Assembly: GCF_009914755.1 (NCBI RefSeq) | Contig: NC_060941.1 | DNA from: the human T2T-CHM13v2.0 reference genome, Homo sapiens | Direction: 5' to 3' (one strand) | DNA length: 64,000 nucleotides | Shown here: in pieces, positions 31,470-44,885 of the stretch | Layout of the letters: the number at the start of each line of letters is the position of its first letter | Numbering within the stretch: the stretch's first letter is position 1 | The notes under the pieces: generated by a model | What the model was told of the DNA's origin: nothing | Databases searched by the model: none | The model's input: only the letters and a program-made list of their open reading frames with translations | Translations under genes and position numbers: made by a program

Positions 31470-33231
31470 TCACAGAGATGCGCGTGTCCTCACCCATGCC
31501 ACACACACACACACACAGGCTGCACAGGCACACATGTGCACACACAAGCATACAGATGCAGTGGTGTATCCAGAGGAGGGAGGCGCCCAGGGACAGAGGG
31601 AGAGGAGAGGCAGTGAGTCCTGCCGGTTTCCCACCCCACCTCCCCATGTCCCACCAGTTGAGCCTGTGTTCCTGGTCTGTTCCTGGCAGCCCCTGTGCCA
31701 GGTGAGAGCCTGGAGAGATGGTTTGGTGAATGGGGTGGAAGAAGGCTTGGACTGCCGTGGAAACAGCCAGAGTTTAAGGTTCAAATCCCACAGTCCCGAT
31801 ATTCTGCACTCCAAGGTTCAGAGAAATGACTTAACCTGCCTGAGTGCAGTTTCCTTGTCAGAGAGGCAGGTCAATGAGACCATTCTCATGCGTTTGCCGT
31901 ACCTGGTATGTAGAAGGTGTTAGATACATGTTTTGAGAAGGCATCTAGCAGACTGCAGCAATGTAAATGGACCAGACTATACATCCCAGCTGATGGACTT
32001 CCTAGTGGGTCATTTGCCATCCCCCACCTGAACCTCAGTTGCTGCATGTATAAAATGGGGCTAGTCAATGATGCCTTCTGCCTGGTCTATCTCAGACGAC
32101 TGTTGTGAGGCTCAAAAAAATGACACTGTGAGGGGTGGTTTGGTCCTGTGGGGGAGAGAGAGCCCCATGGGGCAGTGATGTTGGGGGCCGGGGAATCACT
32201 GGCAGCTGCGTTTTCCCCCATCCCCTCTCCTCCATGAGAACACCCCTCCCCCACCCGCCAAGGAACCCACCAGTTATTGTTTGGGGTCCAGCGGAGAAAC
32301 TGCCCCAGGATGTGCATTTCCAGAGTAGGGAAATGCTCCAGCCAGAGTGGTGTTGGGGGCCAGGAGTGGGGAATGCATTTTCATATGGGGGTTGGAAGAA
32401 CTGCTCCCTGGAACTGCCTAGGACCCACCTGCTGAGCAGCTCGGCCAACCACAAATGCAACGAACACCCCATGGCCAGTCTCAGACCAACAACAACCATG
32501 ACCATTATTAACTCGTGCGTGCTAAATACCAGGGAGTGTGCTGGGTGCTTTCTATGCATCATCATTTCACCCTCCTAATAACTTATGGGGTTAATGCTGT
32601 TATTATAATACCTATTTTTACATATGATTAAACAGACTCAGAGAGGCTGGGTAACTTACCCAAGGCCACACAGCTGGAAAGGGGTGGAGCCAGTTTTGCT
32701 GCCCAAACCTGGCTGTCCCCTGAGTCCTTGCCACCTCCCATACAACCTGGGCCAATCTCAGAGAAGGTCACAGACATAGCACACACTGGAGGGACAGGGG
32801 TGCCATGCTGTTGGGGACTGGTCATAACATGGGGACAGAAGGCAGCGGGCACCGTCAGGAGACCTAGTGCTGCCTTGCCCACTTGGTGACTCAGCGACCT
32901 TTGGCCAGCCCCTTCCCCTCTGGGTCTCAGTCACCTCATCTGTAAAATGAGAGGATTGGGCCATGTCCCCTGGAGGCCCTCTCTGCCTCTGATTCACTCC
33001 ACCACCCCCACCTCCAGTAAGTCAGTCATCTCATGTAGGATGTGTTCATTTCACAGCTGTCTAACCAAGGCTTCTTAACCAATGAGGTTCCCGCACCTCT
33101 CCATGAACTACCTGGGGTATGAGCAAAATTGCACATGAGTGTGTGTGCACAATTTGCATTTTTCTAGGAAAAACGTCCATATTTTCACCAGAGTCTAATC
33201 CCAAAAGGCTGAGAACCATTAATTATTCTAA

Positions 33232-33707
<476 letters not shown>

Positions 33708-35390
33708 TGTCTTCGGAATTGGTGGGTTCTTGGTCTCACTGACTTCAAGAATGAAGCCGCGGACCCTCACGGTGAGCGTTACAGTTCTTAAAGGCGGCGT
33801 GTCCAGAGTTTGTTCCTTCTGATGCTCGGATGTGTTTGGAGTTTCTTCTTTCTGGTGGGTTTGTGGTCTCATTGGCTTCAGGAGTGAAGCTGCAGACCTT
33901 CGCAGTGAGTGTTACAGCTCTTAAGGTGGCATGTCCGGAATTGTTCATTCCTCCCGGTGGGTTCATGGTCTCACTGGCCTCAGGAGAGAAGCTACAGACC
34001 TTTGCGGTGAGTGTTACAGCTCATAAAGGCAGTGCGGACCCAAAGAGTGAGAAGCAGCAAGATTTATTGCAAAGGGCAAAAGAAGAAAGCTTCCACAGTG
34101 TGGAAGGGGACCCGAATGGGTTGACACTGCTGGCTTGGCAGCCTGCTTTTATTCCTTTATCTGGCCCCACCCACATCCTGCTGCTTGTTCCATTTTACAG
34201 AAAGCTGATTGGTCTGTTTTACAGAGAGCTGATTGGTCCGTTTTGACAGGGTGCTGATGGGTGCATTTACAATCCCTGAGCTAGACACAAAAGTTCTCCA
34301 AGTCCCCACTAGATTAGCTAGACACAGAGCACTGATTGGTGCATTTACAAACCTCGAGCTAGACACAGGGTGCTGATTGGTGTATTTACAAACCTTGAGC
34401 TAGACACAGAGTGCTGATTGGTATATTTACAATCCCTTAGCTAGACATAAAGATTCTCCAAGTCCCCACTAGATTAGCCAGATACAGAGTGCCGATTGGT
34501 GTGTTTACAAACCTTGAGCTAGACACAGAGTGCTGATTGGTGTATCCACAATCCCTTAGCTAGACATAAAGGTTCTCCAAGTCCCCACCAGATTAGCCAG
34601 ATACAGAGTTCTGATTGGTGCATTCACAAACTTTGAGTTAGTTTATGTTTGCATTTACAAACCTCTAGCTAGACACAGAGTGCTGATTGGTGCATCTACA
34701 ATCCCTTAGCTAGACATAAAGTTTCTCCAAGTCCCCACTAGACTCAGGAGCCCAGCTGGCTTCACCTAGTGGATCCTGCACCGGGGCCGCAGGTGGAGCT
34801 GCCTGCCAGTCCTGCGCAATGCGCCTGCACTCCTCAGCCCTTGGGCGGTCGATGGGACCGGGCGCCATGGAGCAGGCGACAGCGCTCGTCGGGGAGGCTC
34901 GGGCCGCACAGGAGCCCACGGCAGAGGGGAGGCTCAGGCATGGCAGGCTGCAGGTCCCGGGCCCTGCCCCTCAGGGAGGCAGCTGAGGCCCGGCGAGAAT
35001 TTGAGTGCAGCGCTGGTGGGCCGGCACTGCTGGGGGACTCGGCACACCCTCCGCAGCTGCTGGCCCAGGTGTTAAGCCCCTCACTGCCGGGGGCCCGGCG
35101 GCGCTGGTGACCGCTCCGAGTGCGGGGCCCGCCAAGCCCACGCCCACCTGGAACTCGCGCTGGCCCACAAGCGCCGTGTGCAGCCCCAGTTCCCGCCCGC
35201 ACCTCTCCCTCCAGACCTCCCTGCAAGCTGAGGGAGCCAGCTCCGGCCTCGGCCAGCCCAGAAAGGGGCTCCCACAGTGCAGCGGTGGGCTGAAGGGCTC
35301 CTCAAGTGTGGCCAGAGTGGGCGCCAAGGCCGAGAAGGCACCTAGAGCAAGCGAGGGCTGCAAGGGCTGCCAGCACGCTGTCACCTCTCA
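33708..35390 (-). mobile_element. Complete LTR12 (HERV9 LTR, LTR12C-like) in the 3'-LTR position
   Basis: On minus it starts TGAGAGGTGACAGCGTGCTGGCAGCCC (35390), has tandem CACCAATCAGCAC/CTAGCT U3 repeats, an AATAAAAGCAGGC box and U5 repeats, and ends CCAATTCCGAAGACA. Preceded by the polypurine tract CAGGGGGGAT (35400-35391). Confidence 0.92.
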
Positions 35391-35558
35391 ATCCCCCCTG
35401 TAAACAGGACACCCCAACTGCTGTTGGGAATTTGGCCAATGACCGTTCTAGCTACTTCCTGCTGGATAGGGGTGATGAAGGGGCCCTGCAGCTGCAGTGT
35501 CCTCCAGAGGGGTGCTCTCTAGGCCAGTAAAAGTGCCAGCGGGTCAGTCCAGGGGTCC

Positions 35559-36290
35559 TCAGTAGAAGTTGTTAGTTGAACTCATTTGGGGTTCCATTTG
35601 TAAGACCATCTGTAGCTTGATGGCCTCGATTCTAGAGGAAACAAATTTGACAAGAAGGTTAAAAATACAGGGCCCAAAGGCAAGTAACAGCAAGATGGCT
35701 GCCATGGGACCTACAAGGAGAGAAGCCATGTTGCCCAACTCCAGAGGTTGGTATAAGAATTTGAAAGGCATTGCCTGATTTCAGAAGCCTTTTCCTGTAA
35801 ACGCCGGGTGGCATCTCTTACTATCCCTGACTGGTTAGTGTAAAACCAACACTCTTCCCCTAAGAAGGTGCAGAGTCCTCCTTTCTCAGCAGTGAGGAGG
35901 TCTAGGCCTCGGTGGTTTTGGAGAGTCACTGCTGCCAAAGAGTCTATTTGGAATTGTAGAGTAAGAATAGATTTCGTTATTTCTTGCAAACTGTCTGAGA
36001 AATCCTTTGAGAGTGTGTGGTAGTAGGATAATGAAGTAGATAAACCAGCTATTCCAGTTCCTGTAGCAGTAGCCATTCCTAACCCTATAATTAGGGGTAT
36101 TAGTTGTATGGCTCTGCACTGACGGACTTGAGCTTTGAGGGGTACTGATAAAAGTCTGATTTCCTGGGGCAATGTTAATGTTGGGACTTAGAAAGACTAA
36201 GGTGCCAGTGCCGGTCCAGTTAGTGGGGAGGCAGATATAGGTCGATGTTCCACATAAGAAGAATATGCCTTGGCTGGGTAGGCAGAACTT
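35559..36290 (-). pseudogene. HERV9 env remnant (end of SU plus TM)
   Basis: Cleavage-site remnant RQCR, fusion peptide AIQLIPLIIGLGMATATGTGIAGL, immunosuppressive domain LQNHRGLDLLTAEKGGLC, decayed CX6CC (CTFLGEECW), frameshifted TM/cytoplasmic tail. Confidence 0.9.
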
Positions 36291-36294
36291 TACC

Positions 36295-36540
36295 TGGCTT
36301 TTAAAGGAATAGGGTACACTGTTTTTTCTTTACTATTTCTATCTCTCTCTTTCTCTCTTCGACTTCTTCTTTGTCTCTCTCTTTCTCTCTTTCTCTCTGA
36401 CTCCCCCTTTGTCTCTTCCTCTCTTTCCTTCTTTTTGTCTCTGTTTCTTCCTCTCTCTTTCTCTGACTTCCTGTCTCTTTCTCTCTTTCCTTTCTGCTGC
36501 CTCTGCCAGCTGCTTATGCTGCTGTTCTCCTCTCTCCTCC
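36295..36540 (-). repeat. AG-rich low-complexity tract of the HERV9 internal region
   Basis: On minus: GGAGAACAGCAGCATAAGCAGCTGGCAGAGGCAG...(AG-rich)...GATAGAAATAGTAAAGAAAAAACAGTGTACCCTATTCC. Confidence 0.8.
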
Positions 36541-36658
36541 AGACATGCTGCCTTTAAGAACTGTAACACTCACCGCGAGGGTCCACGGCTTCATTCTTGA
36601 AGTCAGTGAGACCAAGAACCCACCAATTCCTGACACATTTTGGCAACCTTGAAGGGAC
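36537..36658 (+). mobile_element. Terminal ~100 bp of an LTR12 U5 followed by a tRNA-Arg-type primer binding site
   Basis: ...GAGACCAAGAACCCACCAATTCCTGACACA (ends 36637), TTT, then TGGCAACCTTGAAGGGAC (36641-36658). Confidence 0.85.
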
Positions 36659-37857
36659 TATCACCTATCACCAAGCGGTGAGACCATTGTGTATCACTGA
36701 GTGAAGGGACTATCACCTATCGCCAAGCAGTGAGTACCATCGGACCCCTTTCACTTGCTATTCTGTCCTATTTTTCCTTAGAATTTGGGAGCTAAATACC
36801 GGGCACCTGTCGGCCAGTTAAAATCCACTAGCATGGCCACCGGACTAAAGACACGGATGTCAGGCTTTCTGGGAAAGGGCTCTCTAACAATCCCCTACTC
36901 TTCGGAGTTGGGAGCGTTGGTTTGCCTAGAACCAGCTTCCACTTTTCCTGTACTTCTGGGCTGAGCCAAGCGTTGACAGAGAGGAAAGCCATGCAGCTCT
37001 GGGGTCCCAACAACAAGTTGGTTGACCCTGTGGCCATGAGCAGAACTCTCAAAGGCATGTTGCCCAAGCAAGACTCGCCCATCTATCCTATCTATCCTGA
37101 CCCTTGTCCCCTGGGTCCTAATGCTTGCCAGACAAACTTCCTCTCACCTATCTTCTCCAAGGTTAGTCCTGCTTCTAAAAATCACTACCTGTCTCTGGTG
37201 CTTTTCTAGTTTCTCCTATAAGAATGACTTCTAGTATAAACTCTGTTACCTTCTTTAGGCACCCAGGCTCACCAATCAGAAAGACATAATTTTTGCCCAA
37301 AGCCCCATCATAGTGGGACTACCTGGAAATTTAGGATCCCTTCTCAGACAAACAGGCCTAACAAAATCTATTCCTGAAGCTAGGATATGGGGAGCCTCAG
37401 AAATTGTATCCTTCCTGTTCATATAAGTGAGGGCAAAAGGTGTCACTCTTCCAACCCTGGAGATCCCTTCCCTCCCTCAGGGTATGGCCCTCCACTTCAT
37501 TTTTGGGGCATAACATCTTTATAGGACATGGGTAAGGTCCCAATACTAACAGGAGAATGCTTGGGACTCTAACATGTTTTTGAGAATGCGTCAGTAAGGG
37601 CCACTAAATCCTATTTTTCTCAGTCCTCCTTGTGGTCTAGGAGGACAGGGAAGGGTGCAGGTTTTCGAGAATGCATAGGTAAGGGCCACTAAATCCAACC
37701 TTCCTCGGTCCTCCATGTGGTCTGGGAGGAAAGCTAGTGTTTCTGCTGCCGCGTCAGTGAGCACAACTATTCTGATCAGCAGGGTTCAGGGACCGTTGCA
37801 GGTTCTTGGGCAGGGGGAGAAACAAAAACCAAAACCACGGGCGGTTTTGTCTTTCAG

Positions 37858-39318
37858 ATGGGAAACACTCAGGCATCAACAGGCTCACCCTTGAAATGCA
37901 TCCTAAGCCATTGGGACCAATTTGACCCACAAACCCTGAAAAAGAGGCGGCTTATTTTTTTCTGCACTACGGCTTGGCCCCAATAGCCTCTCCCTGATGG
38001 GGAAAAATGGCCACCTAAGGGAAGTACGAATTACGATACTATCCTGCAGCTTGACCTTTTCTGTAAGAGGGAAGGCAAATGGAGTGGAATACCTTATGTC
38101 CAAGCTTTCTTTTCATTGAGGGAGAATACACAACTATGCAAAGCTTGCAATTTACATCCCACAGGAGGACCTCTCAGCTTACCCCCATATCCTAGCCTCC
38201 CTATAGCTCCCCTTCCTATGAATGATAATCCTCCGCTAATCTCCCCTGCCCAGAAGGAAATAAGCAAAGAAATCTCCAAAGGACCACAAAAACCCCTGGG
38301 CTATCAGTTATGTCCCCTTCAAGCTGTAGGGGGAGGGGAATTTGGCCCAACCTGGGTACATGTCCCTTTCTCCCTCTCTGACTTAAAGCAGATCAAGGCA
38401 GACCTGGGGAAGTTTCAGATGATCCTGATAGGTACATATATGTCCTACAATGTCTAGGGCAAACCTTCGACCTCGCTTGGAGAGATGTCATGCTGCTGTT
38501 AGATCAAACCCTGGCCTTTAATGAAAAGAATGTGGCTTTAGCTGCAGCCCAAGAGTTTGGAGATACTTGGTATCTTAGTCAAGTAAATGATAGAATGACA
38601 GCCGAAGAAAGGGACAAATTCCCTACTGGTCAGCAAGCCATCCCCAGTATGGATCCCCACTGGGACCTTGACTCAGATCATGGGGACTGGAGTCATAAAC
38701 ATCTGTTGACCTGTGCTCTAGAAGGACTAAGAAGAATTAGGAAAAAAGCCCATGAATTATTCAATGATGTCCACCGTAACTCAGGGAAAGGAATAAAATC
38801 CTTCTGCCTTCCTCAAGCAGCTACGGGAGGCCTTAAGAAAATATTCTCCCCTGTCACTCTAATCACTCGAGGGTCAACTGATTCAAAAAGATAAGTTTAT
38901 TACCCAATCAGCTGCAGATATCAGGAGAAAGCTCCAAAAGCAAGCCCTGGGCCCTGAACAAAATTTGGAGGCAGTATTAAACCTGGCAACCTCAGTGTTC
39001 TATAATAGGGACCAAGAGGAACAGGCCCGAAAGGAAAAGCAAGATCAGAGAAAGGCCGCAGCCTTAGTCATGGCCCTCAGACAAACAAACCTTGGTGGCT
39101 CAGAGAGGACAGAAAATGGAGCAGGCCAATAACCCGGTAGGGCTTTTTATCAGTGTGGTTTACTAGGACACTTTAAAAAAGATTGTCCAATGAGAAACAA
39201 GCTGCCCCCTCGTCCATGTCCACTATGCCGAGGCAATCACTGGAAGGTGCACTGCCCCAGAGGATGAAGGTTATCTGGGTCAGAAGCCCCCAACCAGATG
39301 ATCTAACAGCAGGACTGA
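37858..39318 (+). pseudogene. HERV9 gag (disrupted)
   Basis: ATG GGA AAC ACT CAG (MGNTQ); PPPY-like LPPYP; capsid fragments in the ORF track; zinc knuckles QCGLLGHFKKDC and CPLCRGNHWKVHC; several stops and frameshifts. Confidence 0.88.
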
Positions 39319-41337
39319 GGGTGCCCGGGGCAAGCACCAGCTCATGTCATCACCCTCACTGAGCCCCGGGTACGTTTAACCATTGAGGGCCAGGAAATTG
39401 ACTTCCTCCTGGACACTGGCGTGGCCTTCTCAGTGTTAATCGTTAATCTCCTGTCCTGGATGACTGTCCTCAAGGTCCATTACCATCTGAGGAATCCTGG
39501 GACAGCCTGTAACCAGGTAGTTCTCCCACCTCCTCAGTCGTAATTGGGAGACTTTGCTCTTTTCACATGCCTTTCTTGTTATGCCTGAAAGTCCCACACC
39601 CTTATTAGGGAGGGATATATTGTCCAAGGCTGGAGCTATTATCTACATGAATATGGGGAACAAGTTACCCATTTGTTGTCCCCTACTTGAGGAGGGAATC
39701 AACCCTGAAGTCTGGGCACTGGAAGGACAACTTGGAAGGGCAAAAAAATGCCTGCCCAGTCCAAATCAGGTTAAAAGATCCCACCACTTTTCCTTATCAA
39801 AGACAATATCCCTTAAGGCCTGAAGCCCATAAAGGATTACAGAATATTGTTAAACGTTTAAAGGCTCAAGGCTTAGTAAGGAAATGCAGCAGTCCCTGCA
39901 ACACCCCAATTCTAGGAGTACAAAAACTGAAAGGTCAGTGGAGACTAGTGCAAGATCTTAGACCCATCAATGAGGCAGTAATTCCTCTATATCCAGTTGT
40001 ACCCAACCCCTATACCCTGCTCTCTCAAATACCAGAGGAAGCAGAATGGTTCATGGTTCTGGACCTCAAGGATGCCTTCTTCTGTATTCCCCTGCACTCT
40101 GACTCCCAGTTTCTCTTTGCCTTTGAGGATCCCACAGACCACACATCCCAACTTACATGGACGGTATTGCCCCATGGGTTTAGGGATAGCCCTCATCTGC
40201 TTGGTCAGGCACTGGCCCAAGATCTAGGCCATCTCTCAAGTCCAGGCACTCTGGTCCTTCAATATGTGGATGATTTACTTTTGGCTACCAGTTCGGAAGC
40301 CTCATGCCAGCAGGCTACTCTAGATCTCTTGAACTTTCTAGCTAATCAAGGGTACAAGGTGTCTAGGTCGAAGGCCCAGCCTTGCCTACAGCAGGTCAAA
40401 TATCTAGGCCTAATCTTAGCCAGAGGCACCAGGGCCCTCAGCAAGGAACCAATACAGCCTATACTGGCTTATCTTCACCCTAAGACATTAAAACAATTAA
40501 GGGAGTTCCTTGGAATTACCGGCTTTTGCTGACTATGGATCCCCAGATACAGCAAGATAGCCAGGTCCCTCTATACTCTAATCAAGGAAACCCAGAAGGC
40601 AAATACTCATCTAGTAGAATGGGAACCAGAGGCAGAAACATCCTTCAAAACCTTAAAGCAGGCCCTAGCACAAGCTCCAGCTTTAAGCCTTCCAACAGGA
40701 CAAAATTTCTCTTTATACGTCACAGAGCAGGGATAGCTCTTGGAGTCCTTACTCAGACTCGTGGGACAACCCCACAACCAGTGGCATACCTAAGTAAGGA
40801 AATTGATGTAGTAGCAAAAGGCTGGCCTCACTGTTTAACGGTAGTTGCAGCAGTGGCCATCTTAGTGTCAGAGGCCATCAAAATAATACAAGGAAAAGAT
40901 CTCACTGTCTGGACTACTCATGATGTAAATGGCATACTATGTGCCAAAGGAAGTTTATGGCTATCAGACAACTGCCTACTTAGATACCAGGAGCTACTCC
41001 TTGAGGGACTGGTGCTTCAAATATGCACATGCGTGGCCCTCAACCCTGCCACTTTTCTCCCAGAGGATGGGGAACCAATCGAGCATGACTTTTATGGTCC
41101 AGACTTATGCCACCCGAGATGATCCCTTAGAAGTCCCCTTAGCTAATCCTGACCTTAACCTATATACCAATGGAAGTTCATTTGTGGAGAATGGGATATG
41201 AAGGGCAGGTTACGCCATAGTGAGGTAACCATACTTGAAAGTAAGCCTCTTCCCCCAGGGACCAGGGCCCAGTTAGCAGAACTAGTGGCACTTACCTGAG
41301 CCTTAGAACTGGGAAAGGGGAAAAAGAATAAATGTGT
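39319..41337 (+). pseudogene. HERV9 pro-pol (protease, RT, start of RNase H; truncated, no integrase)
   Basis: FLLDTG at ~39403; RT motifs WRLVQDLR, LDLKDAFF and QYVDDLLL in ORF 39687-40532; RNase H LYTNGSSF; breaks off at ...KRINV. Confidence 0.92.
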
Positions 41338-42239
41338 GCGGACTTGGAGAAACTTTACGTCTAGCTAAGGGATTGTAGATACACCAATCAGCACTCTGTG
41401 TCTAGCTCAAGGTTTGTAAATGCACCAATCAGCACTCTGTGTCTAACTCAAGGTTTGTGAATGCACCAATCAGCACTCTGTATCTGGCTAATCTGGAGGG
41501 GACTTGGAGAAGCTTTATGTCTAGCTAAGGGATTGTAAATACACCAACCAGCACTCTGTGTCTAGCTCAAGGTTTGTAAATACACCAATCAGTGCTTTTC
41601 GTCTAGCTAATCTAGTGGGGAGTTGGAGAACTTCTGTGTCTAGCTCAGGGATTGTAAACACACCAATCAGCACCCTGTCAAAACAGACCAATCAGCCCTC
41701 TGTAAAACAGCCCAATCAGCTCTCTGTGAAATGGACCAATCAGCAGGATGTGGGTGGGGCCAGATAAAGGAATAAAAGCAGGCTGTCCAAGCAGCACTGG
41801 TAACCCGCTGGGGTCCCCTTCCACACTGTGGAAGCTTTGTTCTTTCACTATTTGCAATAAATCTTGCTGCTTCTCACTCTTTGGGTCTGCACCGCCTTTA
41901 TGAGCTGTAACACTCACTGCGAAGGTCTGCAGCTTCACTCCTGAGGCCAGCGAGACCATGAACCCACCGGGAGGAATGAACGACTCTGGACGGGAGGAAA
42001 AAACAACTCCAGATGCACCACCTTAAGAGCTGTAACACTCACCGCGAAGGTCTGCAGCTTCACTCCTGAAGCCAGCGAGACCACGAACCCACCAGAAGGA
42101 AGAAACTCCAAACACATCCGAACATCAGAAGGAACAAACTCCGGACATGCTGCCTTTAAGAATTGTAACACTTACCGTGAGGGTCTGCAGCTTCGTTCTT
42201 TAAGTCAGTGAGACCAAGAACCCACCAATTTCGCATACA
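41338..42239 (+). mobile_element. 5'-truncated LTR12 (U3 repeats, R, U5)
   Basis: CACCAATCAGCACTCTGTGTCTAGCT repeats, GGAATAAAAGCAGGCTG ~41769, GCAATAAATCTTGC ~41854; ends CCAATTTCGCATACA followed by TSD CTGG. Confidence 0.92.
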
Positions 42240-42298
42240 CTGGGACCACAAGTGCACACCACCAACCAGGTTAATTTTTAAATGTTTTGTAGAGATAG

Positions 42299-42628
<330 letters not shown>

Positions 42629-44652
42629 AAATGTCCCTATTCTTGATCTAAATCTTTAGGGAAATGAGTCATGAAAGTTGAGCCCCTACCATGTAATATT
42701 TTCTCCTCTTTGCTTGTGTTGAACATCCCCACAGGCTCCCTGGAGCAGCTCCTGCTCCTGGCACCCCAGGCTTCTGCCCTGGAGCCACACTGACCCATGG
42801 AGCCCCTCATCCTGCTGCCTCTGGTTCATCTCTGCTGGGATGCCAAAGTGCCCCTCGGCTCTCTGTCTTGTCATTCCTCACCCGTGTCCTCTTCTGGACC
42901 ATCGCGGCAAGGACCAGTGAGTCTTTCCTGAGGTGGGTGCAGTGACCAGGATGGCCAAAGAAGCCGCAGGGAGGTGCGCCCCCAGGGCATGGCTGGTGGA
43001 ATCCTGTTGTGTTAGCGCCCTTGGCAGCCTGAGTGTGAGGAGAGCATGGCAGCAGCCAGAGACCCGCGTTCTGGGTCTGACTCTTCCCCTCTGTGGGCCT
43101 CAGTTTTTCCATCTGTAAAGTGGAGGGAGGTGGCTTGGAACCCCTGGATGGTTGCTAGGCAACCTTCCTGCACCAACATCCTGGGGACCTTTCTGATTGA
43201 TGCTGAGGGAAGGGAACTGTCTTGAACTCCCTTTGGCAGAAGAAACTGGCCCAGCAGCTTAGGCAATGGAGCAAGATGACTCCAGGGCCCTTCCTCAGAC
43301 CTGACTGAGAAAACAGAGCCCACTAGGCACCAGCTTATGGAGGAGACTCACCCCTGGGAGAAAGCAGGGCTTCAAATCAGGCTGCCCACGAGCTGCCTGC
43401 GGTGATGAGGGACATGGAGACCCCTCTGGGCCTCTGGAGGGCCCTCATGGAGACCCCTCCAGAGGCCCAGAGCCCAGGTGACAGGCAGCAGCCTCCTGGA
43501 GTATGTTTCTGCCCATCTCTGGAAAAACCCAGGTAGGCACTGGTGGGAAGAGAGAACATGCATCCTCCTGCCCTCCGTAGCTGCAGGCCCTGGCAACAAG
43601 CCTGGAGGCTCAGCCATCCTCCTTGCTCAGGGGGACTCTCCTGCCCTAGTTCTCAGCCCTGCCTCTCCACCAGCTCCTAATTCTGGGCTGAGCTAGGAGA
43701 GCAGGTAAAGGCCTAGGGATCCCTGCAAAGATGCACAGCATGGGGTCTCGAAGACACTCCAGAGAATAGGACCCAGTCCTCACAAGCGCAGAGCAGACCC
43801 CCTCCCGCCCCCACCCCCACCCTTCCACTCTTCACTCTATCCCCAAAGCATTAAAGGACAAGACAGGTACGATACTGATAGAGAACATTCTCTACAAAAG
43901 TGGCAATGAGCCTGCAGGAGGGATTCGGGGTACAGTGGTGGGAGCACAGAGCCTGCTGCACCCCAGCACCAGAAGAACCAGGAGGGGCTGCGGCAGTAAA
44001 CGGACGAGGAACAGGAGAGAAGGGGCAGCACCTGGGGCTCTGGGAGAAACAAGTCGGCACTTGGGGGTGGCCCCAGGCTCAGGCCCAGAGAACAGGGAGA
44101 AGAGCTGTGGTGGGCTCCAGATGGCGGTGGCAGGCAGCCAAGCCCTCAGTGTCCTGCAGTAGGACAGGGACCATCTCCTCCATGCCCCCTACTCTGGGCA
44201 CATGTGTGGGAATGGGAACCCCCAGACAGACCAGAAAGAGGCCTTTGAGGGCTCTCTTTCCCCTGCCCCAGCCATGGGGGCCCCAGGAGATGCTGGGGGC
44301 TGAGGCCATGCTCCCAGCAGGAGCTGCTTCCCAAGCTGAGGTCAGGGATGGGGGGCCATGGCTGAGAAAGGAGGAGAGCACCTCTGCATGGGGTGCAAAG
44401 GGGCGCACACGTGTCAGCGGGCTCATCAGGGACTCTCCCACATCTGTGACCTCAGTCTGGCTGGAGAGCTTTGGGGGCATACGTCAGAGGACACATGCTG
44501 TGACCACCCTCTGAGCTGGCCTTTCCCCTGGTCTCACCACCATCAGAGGGCTGGGACACAGGTGAGCTCTCTTACCCCCGATCCACGCAGAATCACGCAA
44601 CAGCCCAGTCCCTACCAGACCTGGAGGGAAACCTACCAAACACCACCCAACG

Positions 44653-44885
44653 TGAGTGTGCACACACGCACACATGCACACACACACACATGCATGCACA
44701 CACACACATGCACACACATGCATGCACACACACAAACACGCACGCGTTCACGTGCACACACACGTACACATGTATGCAAGAACACACACACACCCAAGCA
44801 CACACCCGTGCTCACACATACCACATACTTACACACACATGCATGCACACACGCATACATGCACACAAACATGCACACGCACACA
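44653..44885 (-). repeat. Long imperfect (CA)n/(TG)n tract in the probable USH1G 3'UTR
   Basis: About 230 bp of CACACACATGCA-type repeats. Confidence 0.9.

Noticed and set aside
34200-34745. Regularly spaced ~40-bp repeats resembling a CRISPR array (also 41340-41745)
   Set aside because: They are the U3 tandem repeats of LTR12; no unique spacers, no cas genes, and the context is eukaryotic.
35711-36172. 153-aa env ORF as a possible domesticated syncytin-like gene
   Set aside because: No signal peptide or most of SU, decayed furin site and CX6CC motif, and a frameshift before the TM anchor.
39687-40532. 281-codon RT ORF as an active reverse transcriptase
   Set aside because: Flanked by frameshifts and stops, gag is disrupted, RNase H is truncated and integrase is absent.
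43845-43860. ATTAAA as the USH1G poly(A) signal
   Set aside because: It is on the plus strand while USH1G is on minus; I found no canonical minus-strand signal nearby, so the 3' end is left unassigned.
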